Assembly (NCBI GenBank): GCA_030390025.1
Contig: CM059432.1
Coordinates: 76,696,001-76,760,000, forward strand
DNA: 64,000 nucleotides
Source of the DNA: Squalus acanthias
Taxonomy: Eukaryota
Direction: 5' to 3'
Part shown: positions 39,901 through 50,520 of the stretch, piece by piece
Numbering within the stretch: the first letter of the stretch is position 1
Layout of the letters: each line of letters starts with the position of its first letter
The notes under the pieces: generated by a model
What the model saw: only the letters and a program-made list of their open reading frames with translations
The model's database searches: none
Told to the model about the DNA's origin: nothing
Translations under genes and position numbers: made by a program

Positions 39901-42900
39901 GGGGTCTCGGGGGGATCGGCGGTCTCGGTGGTCTCGGGGTTATCGGGGGTGTCAGGGGGTGATCGAGGGTCTCGTGGGTGATCGGGGTTCTCGGGCTGAT
40001 CGGGCGTCTCGTGGGTGATTGGGATTCTCGGGGTGATCAGGGGTCTCGGGGGTTGATCGGCGGTCTCGGGGATGATCGGGGGTCTCGGGGTGATCGGGGA
40101 TAATCGGGGGTCTCGGGGGTAATCGGGGTCTCGGGGTGATCGCGGGTCTTGGGGTGATCGGGGGTCTCAGGGGTGATTGATGGTCTCGGGGTGATCGGCG
40201 GTCTCGGGGGTGATCGGGGGTCTCGGGGTGATCGGGGATAATTGGGGGTCTCGGGGGTAATCGGGTTCTCGGGGTGATCGGGGGTCTCAGGGGTGATTGA
40301 GGGTCTCGGGGTGATCGGGGGTCTCGGGGTGATCAGGGTTTCAAGGGTGATCGGGGGATCTCGGGGTGATCGGGGGTCTCGTGGGGAGATCGCGGGTCTC
40401 GGGGTGATCGGGGGTTCTCGGGGTGATCAGGATTTCAAGGGTGATCGGGGGTCTCGGGGTGATCGGGGGTCTCGTGGGGAGATCGCGGGTCTCGGGGTGA
40501 TCGGGGGGTCTCAGCGTGATCGGGGATCTCGGGGGTTGATCGAGGGCCTCGGGGGTGATTGGAGTTCTCTGGGGGTGATCGAGGGTCTCAGGGGGTTGAT
40601 CGGGGGTGTCAGGGTGATCGGGGTGATCGGGGGTCTTGGGGGTGATCGGGGGTCTCGGGGGTCTCAGGGTGATCGGGGATCTCGGGGGTGATCTGGGTTA
40701 TCGGGGGTAATCGGTGGTCTCAGGGTGATCGGGGGACTCGGGGGGTGATCGAGTGTCTCGGGAGGGTGATCGGGGGTCTTGGGGGGTGATCGGGGGTCTC
40801 GGCGGTGATCGGAGGTCTCGGGGGGGTGATCGGGTGTCTCGGGGTGATCTGGGGTCTCGGAGGGTGATCGGGGGTCTCAGGGGGATCGGCGGTCTCGTGG
40901 GTGATCGGGGGTCTCGGGGGTGATCGGGGGTCTCGTGGTTATCGGGGTCTCGTGGGTGATCAGGGGTCTCAGGCTGATCGGGGGTCTCGGGGGTGATCGG
41001 GGGTCTCGGGGTGGTCAGGCATCTCGGGGGGTGATTGGCGGTCTCGGGGTGATCAGGGGGTGATCGGGGGTCTCGGGGGTGATCGGGGGTCTCGGGGTGA
41101 TCGGGGGTCTCGGGGTGATCGTGGTCTCGGGGTGATCGGGGGTCTCGGGGGTGATTGGGGGTCTCGGGGTGATCGGGGGTCTTGGGGTGATCGGGGGTCT
41201 CAGGGTGATCAGGGTTTCGAGGGTGATCGGGGGTCTCGGGGTGCTCGGGGTTTCGAGGGTGATCGGGGTCTCGGGGTGATCGGGGGTCTCGGGGGGGAGA
41301 TCGCGGGTCTCGGGGTGATCGGGGGTCTCGGGGTTGATCGAGGGTCTCAGAGGTTGATCGAGGGTATCGGGGTTGATCGAATGTCGCAGGGGTGCTCGTT
41401 ATCTCAGGGGTGATCGGGGGTCTCGGGGGGTGATTGGGGGTCTCAGGGGTGATCGGGAACTCGGGGGGTGATCGGGGGTCTCGGGGTGATCGGAGGTCTC
41501 AGGGGTGATCGGGGGTCTCGGGGGGTGATCGGGGGTCTCAGGGGTGATCTAGGGTCTCGGGGGGTGATCGGGGGTCTCGGGGTGATCGGAGGTCTCAAGG
41601 GTGATAGGGGGTCTCGGGGGGTGATCGGGGGTCTCAGGGGTGATCGGGGGTCTCGGGGGGTGATCGGGGGTCTCAGGGGTGATCGGGGGTCTCGGGGGGT
41701 GATTGGGGGTCTCGGGGTGATCGGGGGTCTCGGGGGGTGATCGGGGTTCTCGGGGTGATCGGAGGTCTCGGGGGGTGATCGGGGCTCTCGGGGTGATCGG
41801 GGGTCTCGGGGGGTGATCGGGGTCTCAGGGTGATCGGGAGTCTCGGGGGTGATTGGGGGTCTCGGGGTGATCGGGGGTCTCGGGGGGTGATCGGGGGTCT
41901 CGGGGGTGATCGAGGGTCTCGGGGTGATCTGGGGTCTCGGGGGGTGATCGGGGGTCTTGATGGGTGATCGGGGATCTCGGGCTGATCGGGCGCCTCGGTG
42001 ATCGGGGGTCTCGGGGAGATCGGGGGTCTCAGGGGGTGATCGGGGGTCTCGGGGGGTGATCGAGGGACTCATGGGTGATCGGGGATCTCGGGCTGATCGG
42101 GGGTCTCGGGGGGTGATCGTGGGTCTCAGGGAGATCGGGGGTCTCGGGGGGTGATCGAGGGTCTCGGGGACATCGGGGGTCTCGGGGGGTGATCGAGGGT
42201 CTCGGGGGTGATTGAGGTTCTCGGGGTGATCGGGTGTCTCGGGGGTTGATTGAAGGTCTCAGGGGTGATCGAGGGTCTCGGGGGGGGTGATTGGGGGTCT
42301 TGGGGAGATCGAGGGTCTCGGGGGTGATCGGGGGTCTTGGGGGGGGTGATTGGGGGTCTCGGGGTTGATCAAGGGTCTCGGGGGTGCTCGGCGGTCTCGG
42401 GGTGATCGGGGGTCTCGGGGTGATCGGGAGTCACGGGGTGATCGAGGGTCTCGGGGGTAATCGGGGGTCTCGGGGTGATCGGGGGTCTCGGGGTAATCGG
42501 GGTCTCGGGGGTTGATCGAGGGTCTCAGGGGTGATCGGGGGTCTCGGGGGTGATCGTTATCTCAGGGGTGACCGGGGGTCTCGGGCGGTGATCAGCGGTC
42601 TCGGGGTGATCGGGTGTCTCGGGGGGTGATCGGGGGTCTCGGGGGGTGATCGGGGATCTCGGGGGTGATCGGGGGTCTCGGGGGGTGATCGGGGGTCTCG
42701 GGGGGTGATCTCGGATCTCGGGGGGTGATCAGCGGTCTCGGGGGGTGATCGGGGATCTCGGGGGTCTCGGGGGGTGTTCAGGGGTCTCTGGGGTGATCGG
42801 GGATCTCGGGGGTGATCAGGGGTCTCGGGGGGTGATCAGGGGTCTCGAGGGTGATCGAGGGTCTCGGGGGTTGATCGAGGGTCTCGGGGGGGTGATCAAG

Positions 42901-45900
42901 GGTCTCGGGGGCGATCGGGGGTCTTGGGGGTGTGATTGGGGGTCTCGGGGTGATTGGGGGACTCGGGGGGTGATCGGGGATCTCGGGGGGTTTATCGGGT
43001 GTCTCGGGGGGTGGTCGAGGGTCTCAGGGTTTGATCGAGGGTCTCGGGGGGGTGATTGGGGGTCTCGGGGTGATCGGGGGACTCACAGGGGTGATCGGGG
43101 TCTCGGGGGGGTGATCGGGGGTCTCGGGGGGTTATCGAGGGTCTCAGGGGTTGATCGAGGGTATCGGGTTGATCAAATGTCGCAGGGGTGATCGTTATCT
43201 CAGGTGTGATCGGGGGTCTCGGGGTGATCAGGTGTCTCGGGGGGTGATCAGGGGTCTCGGGGTGATCGGTGGTCTCAGGGGGTGATCGGGGGTCTCGGGG
43301 TGATCGGGGGTCTCGGGGGGGTGATCGGGCGTCTCGGGTGATCGGGGGTCTCGGGGGTGATCGGTGGTCTCGGGTGATTGGGGTTCTCGGGGAGATCGGA
43401 GGTCTCAGGGGGTGATCAGTGGTCGGGGGGGATCTGGGGTCTCGTAGGGTGATCGGGGGTCTCGGGGGGTGATCGGGGGTCTCAGGGAGATCGGGGGTCT
43501 CGGACTGATCGGGCGTCTCGGGCTGATTGGGGGTCTCGGGGGGTGATCGTGGGTCTCAGGGAGATCGGGGGTCTCGGGGGGTGATCGAGGGTCTCGGGGG
43601 GTTATCGAGGGTCTCGGGGGTGATTGAGGGTTTCGGGAGGGTGATCGGGGGTCTCGGGCAGATCGGGGGTCTCGGGGTGATCGGGGGTCTCGGGGGTGAT
43701 CAAGGGTCTATGGGGTGATCGAGGGTCTCGGGGTTGATCGAATGTCGCAGGGGTGATCGTTATCTCAGGGGTGATCGGGGGTCTCGCGCGGTGATCAGCG
43801 GTTTCTGGGTGATCGGGGGTCTCGGGGGGTGATCGGGGGTCTCGGGGTGATCGAGTGTCTCGGGGGGTGATCAGGGGTCTCGGTGTGATCGGGGGTCTCG
43901 GGGTGATCGGGTGTCTCCGGGTGATCGGGGGTCTCGGGTGTAATCGGGGGTCTAGGGGGTTGATCGAGGGTCTCGGGGGTTGATCGAGGGTCTCGGGGAA
44001 TGATCGAGGGTCTCTGAGGTGATCGGGGGTCTCGGGAGTGATCGAGGGTCTCGGGGGCCATCGGGAGTCTCGGGGTGATCGAGGGTCTCAGGGGCCATCA
44101 GGGGTCTCGGGCGGTGATCAGTGGTCTCGGGGGGTGATGGGGAGTCTCTGGGGTGATCGGGGGTCTCGGGCGGTGAACAGCGGTCTTGAGGGGTGATCGG
44201 GGGTCTCTGGGGTGATTGGGGTCTCGGGGGGTGATCGGGGGTCTCGGGGGGTGATCGGGGGTCTCGGGGGGTGATCAGGGGTCTCTGGGGTGATCGGGGA
44301 TCTCGGGGTGATCGCCGGTCTCGGGGGGTGATCGGGGATCTCGGGGGGTGATCGGGGATCTCGGGCTGATCGGGGGTCTCGGGGGGTGATCAGGCGTCTC
44401 GGGTGATTGGGGGTCTCGGGGTTTTCTGGGGTCTCCTAGGGTGATCGGGGGTCTCGGGGGGTGATCGGGCGTCTCGGGTGATCGGGGGTCTCGGGGGTGA
44501 TCGGTGGTCTCGGGTGATTGGGGTTCTCGGGGAGATCGGAGGTCTCAGGGGGTGATCAGTGGTCGGGGGGGATCTGGGGTCTCGTAGGGTGATCGGGGGT
44601 CTCGGGGGGTGATCGGGGGTCTCAGGGAGATCGGGGGTCTCGGACTGATCGGGCGTCTCGGGCTGATTGGGGGTCTCGGGGGGTGATCGTGGGTCTCAGG
44701 GAGATCGGGGGTCTCGGGGGGTGATCGAGGGTCTCGGGGGGTTATCGAGGGTCTCGGGGGTGATTGAGGGTTTCGGGAGGGTGATCGGGGGTCTCGGGCA
44801 GATCGGGGGTCTCGGGGTGATCGGGGGTCTCGGGGGTGATCAAGGGTCTCAGGGGTGATCGAGGGTCTCGGGGTTGATCGAATGTCGCAGGGGTGATCGT
44901 TATCTCAGGGGTGATCGGGGGTCTCGCGCGGTGATCAGCGGTTTCTGGGTGATCGGGGGTCTCGGGGGGTGATCGGGGGTCTCGGGGTGATTGAGTGTCT
45001 CGGGGGGTGATCAGGGGTCTCGGTGTGATCGGGGGTCTCGGGGTGATCGGGTGTCTCCGGGTGATCGGGGGTCTCGGGTGTAATCGGGGGTCTAGGGGGT
45101 TGATCGAGGGTCTCGGGGGTTGATCGAGGGTCTCGGGGAATGATCGAGGGTCTCTGAGGTGATCGGGGGTCTCGGGAGTGATCGAGGGTCTCGGGGGCCA
45201 TCGGGAGTCTCGGGGTGATCGAGGGTCTCAGGGGCCATCAGGGGTCTCGGGCGGTGATCAGTGGTCTCGGGGGGTGATGGGGAGTCTCTGGGGTGATCGG
45301 GGGTCTCGGGCGGTGAACAGCGGTCTTGAGGGGTGATCGGGGGTCTCTGGGGTGATTGGGGGTCTCGGGGGGTGATCGGGGGTCTCGGGGGGTGATCGGG
45401 GGTCTCGGGGGGTGATCAGGGGTCTCTGGGGTGATCGGGGATCTCGGGGTGATCGCCGGTCTCGGGGGGTGATCGGGGATCTCGGGGGGTGATCGGGGAT
45501 CTCGGGCTGATCGGGGGTCTCGGGGGGTGATCAGGCGTCTCGGGTGATTGGGGGTCTCGGGGTTTTCTGGGGTCTCCTAGGGTGATCGGGGGTCTCGGGG
45601 AGATCGGAGGTCTCAGGGGGTGATCGGGGGTCTCAGGGGTGATCGAGGGTCTCGGGGAGATCGGAGGTCTCAGGGAGTGATCGGGGGTCTCGGGGGTGAT
45701 CGGGGGTCTCGGGGGTGATCGGATGTCTCGGGTAATCGGGGGTCTCGGGGAGATCGGAGGTCTCAGGGGGTGATCGGGGGTCTCGGGGGTGATCGGGGGT
45801 CTCGGGGGGTGATCGGGCGTCTCGGGTGATCGGGGGTCTCGGGGTGATCAGGGGTCTCGGGGGGTGATCGAGGTTCTCGGGGAGATCGGGGGGTGATCGA

Positions 45901-48900
45901 GGGTCTCGTGGGTGATCGGGGGTCTCGGGGGGTGATCAGGGGTCTCGGGGTGATCGGTGGTCTCGGGGGGTGATCAGGGGTCTCGGGGGGTGATCGAGGG
46001 TCTCGGGAGGTTGATCGGGGGTCTCGGGGTGATCGGTGGTCTCGGGGGGTGATCATGGGTCTCGGGGAGATCGGGGGGTGATCGAGGGTCTCGTGGGTGA
46101 TCGGGGGTCTCGGGGGGTGATCAGGGGTCTCGGGGTGATCGGTGGTCTCGGGGGGTGATCAGGGGTCTCGGGGGGTGATCGAGGGTCTCGGGAGGTTGAT
46201 CGGGGGTCTCGGGCAGATCGGGGGTCTTGGGGTGATCGAGGGTCTCGGGGGTGATCGAGGGTCTCGTGGGTGATCGGGGGTCTCGGGGGGTGATCAGGGG
46301 TCTCGGGGTGATCGGGGGTCTCGGGGGGTGATAAGGGGTCTCGGGGTGATCGGGGGTCTCGGGGTGATCGCGGGTCTCAAGGGTGAGCGAGGGTGTCGGG
46401 TTGATTGGGGGTCTTGGGGTGATCGGGGTTTCAAGGGTGATCAGGTGTCTCGGGGTGATCGGGTGTCTCGGGGGTTGATCGAGGGTCTCGGGGGTTGATC
46501 GAGGGTCTCGGGGAGTGATCGAGGGTCTCGGGGAGATCGGGTGTCTCGGGGGGTGATCGAGGGTCTCGGGGGTGATTGGGGGTCTCGGGGTGATCGGGGG
46601 TCTCGGGGGATGATCGGGGGTCTCGGGGGGTTCGGCGGTCTCGGGGGTCTTGGGGTGATCGAGGGTCTCGGGTGTGATCGAGGGTCTCATGGGTGATCGG
46701 GGGTCTCGGGGGGTGATCGGGGGTCTCGGGGTGATCGGGGGTCTCGGGGGGTGATCAGGGGTCTCGGGGTGATCGGGGGTCTCGGGGGGTGATCAGGGGT
46801 CTCGGGGTGATCGGGGGTCTCGCGGTGATCGCGGGTCTCAAGTGTGATCGGGGGTCTCGGGGTGATTGTGGGTCTCGGGGGTTGATCGAGGGTCTCGGGG
46901 GTGATCGAGGGTATCGGGGGGTGATCGAGGTTCTCAGGGAGATCGGGGGTCTTGGGGAGTGATCGAGGGTCTCGGGGGCTATCGGGGGTCTCGGGGTGAT
47001 CAGGGGTCTCGGGGTGATCGAGGGTCTCGGGTGCCATCGGGGGTCTCGGGGTGATCGGGGGTCTCGGGGCGATCGGGGTGATCGGGGTGATCGGGGATCT
47101 CGGGGGGTGATCAGGGGTCTCTGGGGTGATCGGGGGTCTCGGGGGGTAATCGGGGGTCTCGGGGGTGATCGGGGGTCTCGGGGGGTAATCGGGGGTCTCG
47201 GGGGTGATCGGGGATCTCGGGGTGATCGGGGGTCTCGGGGGGTGATCAGGGGTCTCTGGGGTGATCGGGGGTCTCGGGGGGTGATCGGGGATCTCGGGGG
47301 GTGATCGAGGGTCTCGGGGTGATCGGGGATCTCGGGGTGATCGGGGGTCTCGGGGTGATCGAGGGTCTCATGGGTGATCGGGGGTCTCGGGGGGTGATCG
47401 GGGGTCTCGGGGTGATCGGGGGTCTCGGGGGGTGATCAGGGGTCTCGGGGTGATCGGGGGTCTCGGGGGGTGATCAGGGGTCTCGGGGTGATCGGGGGTC
47501 TCGCGGTGATCGCGGGTCTCAAGTGTGATCGGGGGTCTCGGGGTGATTGTGGGTCTCGGGGGTTGATCGAGGGTCTCGGGGGTGATCGAGGGTATCGGGG
47601 GGTGATCGAGGTTCTCAGGGAGATCGGGGGTCTCGGGGAGTGATCGAGGGTCTCGGGGGCTATCGGGGGTCTCGGGGTGATCAGGGGTCTCGGGGTGATC
47701 GAGGGTCTCGGGTGCCATCGGGGATCTCGGGGTGATCGGGGGTCTCGGGGCGATCGGGGTGATCGGGGTGATCGGGGATCTCGGGGGGTGATCAGGGGTC
47801 TCTGGGGTGATCGGGGGTCTCGGGGGGTAATCGGGGGTCTCGGGGGTGATCGGGGGTCTCGGGGGGTAATCGGGGGTCTCGGGGGTGATCGGGGATCTCG
47901 GGGTGATCGGGGATCTCGGGGGGTGATCAGGGGTCTCTGGGGTGATCGGGGGTCTCGGGGGGTGATCGGGGATCTCGGGGGGTGATCGAGGGTCTCGGGG
48001 TGATCGGGGATCTCGGGGTGATCGGGGGTCTCGGGGTGATCGGGGGTCTCGGGGTGATCGAGGGTCTCGGGGTGATCGGGGATCTCGGGGGGTGATCGGG
48101 GGTCTCGGGGGTGATCGAGGGTCTCGGGGTGATCGGGGGTCTCGGGGGGTGATCGGGGATCTCGGGGGGTGATCGGGGGTCTCGGGGGTGATCGAGGGTC
48201 TCGGGGTGATCGGGGATCTCGGGGTGATCGGGGGTCTCGGGGTGATCGAGGGTCTCGGGGTGATCGGGGATCTCGGGGGGTGATCGGGGATCTCGGGCTG
48301 ATCGGGGGTCTCGGGGGGTGATTGGGCGTCACGGGTGATCGGGGGTCTCGGGGTGATCGGGGGTCTCGGGGTGATCGGGGGTCTTGGGGGTGATCGGGGG
48401 TCTCGGGGGTGATCGGATGTCTCGGGTGATCGGGGGTCTCGGGGAGATCGGAGGTCTCAGGGGGTGATCGGGGGTCTCGGGGTTTTCTGGGGTCTCGTAG
48501 GGTGATCGGGGGTCTCGGGGAGATCGGAGGTCTCATGGGTGATCGGGCGTCTCGGGCTGATCGGAGGTCTCAGGGGGTGATCGGGGGTCTCGGGGTTTTC
48601 TGGGGTCTCGTAGGGTGATCGGGGGTCTCGGGGAGATCGGAGGTCTCATGGGTGATCGGGCGTCTCAGGCTGATCGGGGGTCTCGGGGGGTGATCGAGGG
48701 TCTCAGGGAGATCGGGGGTCTCGGGGGGTGATCGAGGGTCTCGGGGGTGATTGGGGGTCTCGGGGTGATCGGGGGACTCAGGGGATGATCGAGGGTCTCG
48801 GGGTGATCGGGGGTCTCGGGGGATGATCGGGGGTCTCGGGGGGTTCGGCGGTCTCGGGGGTCTTGGGGTGATCGAGGGTCTCGGGGATGATCGGGGGTCT

Positions 48901-49898
48901 CGGGGGTGATCGGGGGTCTCAGGTTATTGGGGGTCTCGGGGTGATCGGGGGTCTCAGGGGGTGATCGGGGGTCTTGTGGTGATCGGGGGTCTCAGGGTTG
49001 ATCATGGGTCTCAGGGAGATTGGGAGTCTCGGGGGTGATTGGGCGTCTCAGGGTGATCGGGGAACTCGGGGGGGTGATCGAGGGTCTCGGGGGGGGTGAT
49101 CGGGGGTCTCGGGGTGATCGAGGGTCTCGGGGTGATCGCGGGTCTCGGTGTGATCGGGGGTCTCGGGGTGATTGGGGGCCTCCGTGTGATCGGGGGTCTC
49201 GGGGGTGATCGGGGGTCTCGGGGGTGATCGGGGGTCTCGGGGTGATCGCGGGTCTCGGTGTGATCGGGGGTCTCGGGGTGATCGGGGGCCTCCGTGTGAT
49301 CGGGGGTCTCGGGGGTGATCGGGGGTCTCGGGGGTGATCGGGGGTCTCGGGGTGATCGCGGGTCTCGGGTTGATTGGGGGTCTCGGGGTGATCGGGGGTC
49401 TCGGGGGGTGATCAGGGGTCTCGGGGTGATCGGGGGTCTCGGGGGTGATCAGGGGTCTCGGTGTGATCGTGGGTCTCGGGGGTGATCGGGGGTCTCGGGG
49501 GTGATCGGGGATCTCGGGGGGGTGATCGAGGGTCTCGGGGTGATCGGGGGTCTCGGGGGGGTGATCAGGGGTCTCGGGGTGATCAGGGGTCTCGGGGGGT
49601 GATCAGGGGTCTCGGGGTGATCGGGGATCTCGGGGTGATCGTGTGTCTCGGGGTGATCGGGGGTCTCGGGGGGTGATCGGGGGTCTCGGGGGGGGTGTGA
49701 TCGCGGTTCTCGGGGGATGATCGCGGGTCTCGGGGTGATCGGGGGTCTCAGGGTGATCGCGGTTCTCGGGGGATGATCGGGGGTCTCAGGGTGATTGGGG
49801 GTCTCAGGGTGATTGGGGGTCTCAGGGTGATCGGGGGTCTCAGGGTGATCGGGGGGTCTCAGGGTGATTGGGGGTCTCAGGGTGATCGCGGGTCTCGG
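30911..49898 (+). repeat. G-rich satellite array, right part; same monomer and orientation
   Basis: The repeat resumes after the 200-N gap. The last clear monomer is ...GGTGATCGCGGGTCTCGG at ~49898. Confidence 0.98.
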
Positions 49899-50341
49899 AC
49901 GGAGCGATCAGTGGTGCTGGGCAGTAACATCAGCGGGCAGTGGCCCACGGTTTCGGCCCTGGTGGTCAGCTCTTGTGACGTTGGTTTCAGGGGGTCTTGG
50001 GAGATCAGAGGTCAGGGATCTCAGGGCCCAGGGTACGGTGGGGGGAGAGATTGGAGGTTGTGGTCTAGGCCTGGCGGTCAGGTGTTGAGGATCTTTGGGC
50101 CGGGCAAACCAATGTTGCAGCGGGGACCTAAAGCAGGTGTTATGCTCGCTATTTGCATATTCAAAGGACCTTATGCCTGCTTCAGGCATGGGTAATGGAT
50201 TTCTCTTGTTTGTCCTTACCCAATACGCCGGGCAGCACACATCCAGTCGGAAGTGCGCACACGCTTCCTGCCTGCCATTTTAGACTTAGGAGGCTGCGTA
50301 GCGCCTGAAAAATGGGCGCTATGGGACCCAATTTCTAGGCC
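49899..50341. mobile_element. Right arm of a Harbinger-type MITE adjoining the satellite; TIR AATTTCTAGGCC at 50330-50341
   Basis: Its end TAGCGCCTGAAAAATGGGCGCTATGGGACCCAATTTCTAGGCC parallels the end of the complete MITE at 61956 (ATCGCCCCAAACGGGGCGCTACGGAATTTCTAGCCC): a similar subterminal hairpin and an 11/12 TIR match. No left TIR lies in the window. Confidence 0.75.
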
Positions 50342-50520
50342 ACCTCTTCTTCTGAAAATTATCCAGGTCAAGTTTGAGGTGAAGGTGAGGATTGCCAGGG
50401 TCTCCAAGCCATAGTCATAGCCTGGAAAGCCTTAGAATTGCCTGTGGCACATTTTTTTGATTGGCCCTTTGTCTTTAGTAATACAATTGGCTTAACACTC
50501 CTATTCTTGTAAAACCTCTC

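Noticed and set aside
130..49676. Many Pro-rich ([18 protein letters not shown]) and Gly-rich ([12 protein letters not shown]) ORFs up to 399 aa, resembling mucin, extensin or collagen-like proteins
   Set aside because: They are translations of the 18-bp monomer. G-run length changes shift the frame constantly, so no frame is preserved.
24..49898. CRISPR-like array
   Set aside because: There are no unique spacers and no cas genes, and the context is vertebrate-type retroelements.
24..49898. Immunoglobulin switch-like region or telomeric repeat
   Set aside because: The monomer lacks AGCT/GAGCT motifs and TTAGGG, and no Ig exons are recognisable in the window.
50151..50158. Octamer motif ATTTGCAT as an Ig or snRNA promoter element
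   Set aside because: It is a single 8-mer inside a MITE arm, with no V-gene leader or snRNA downstream.
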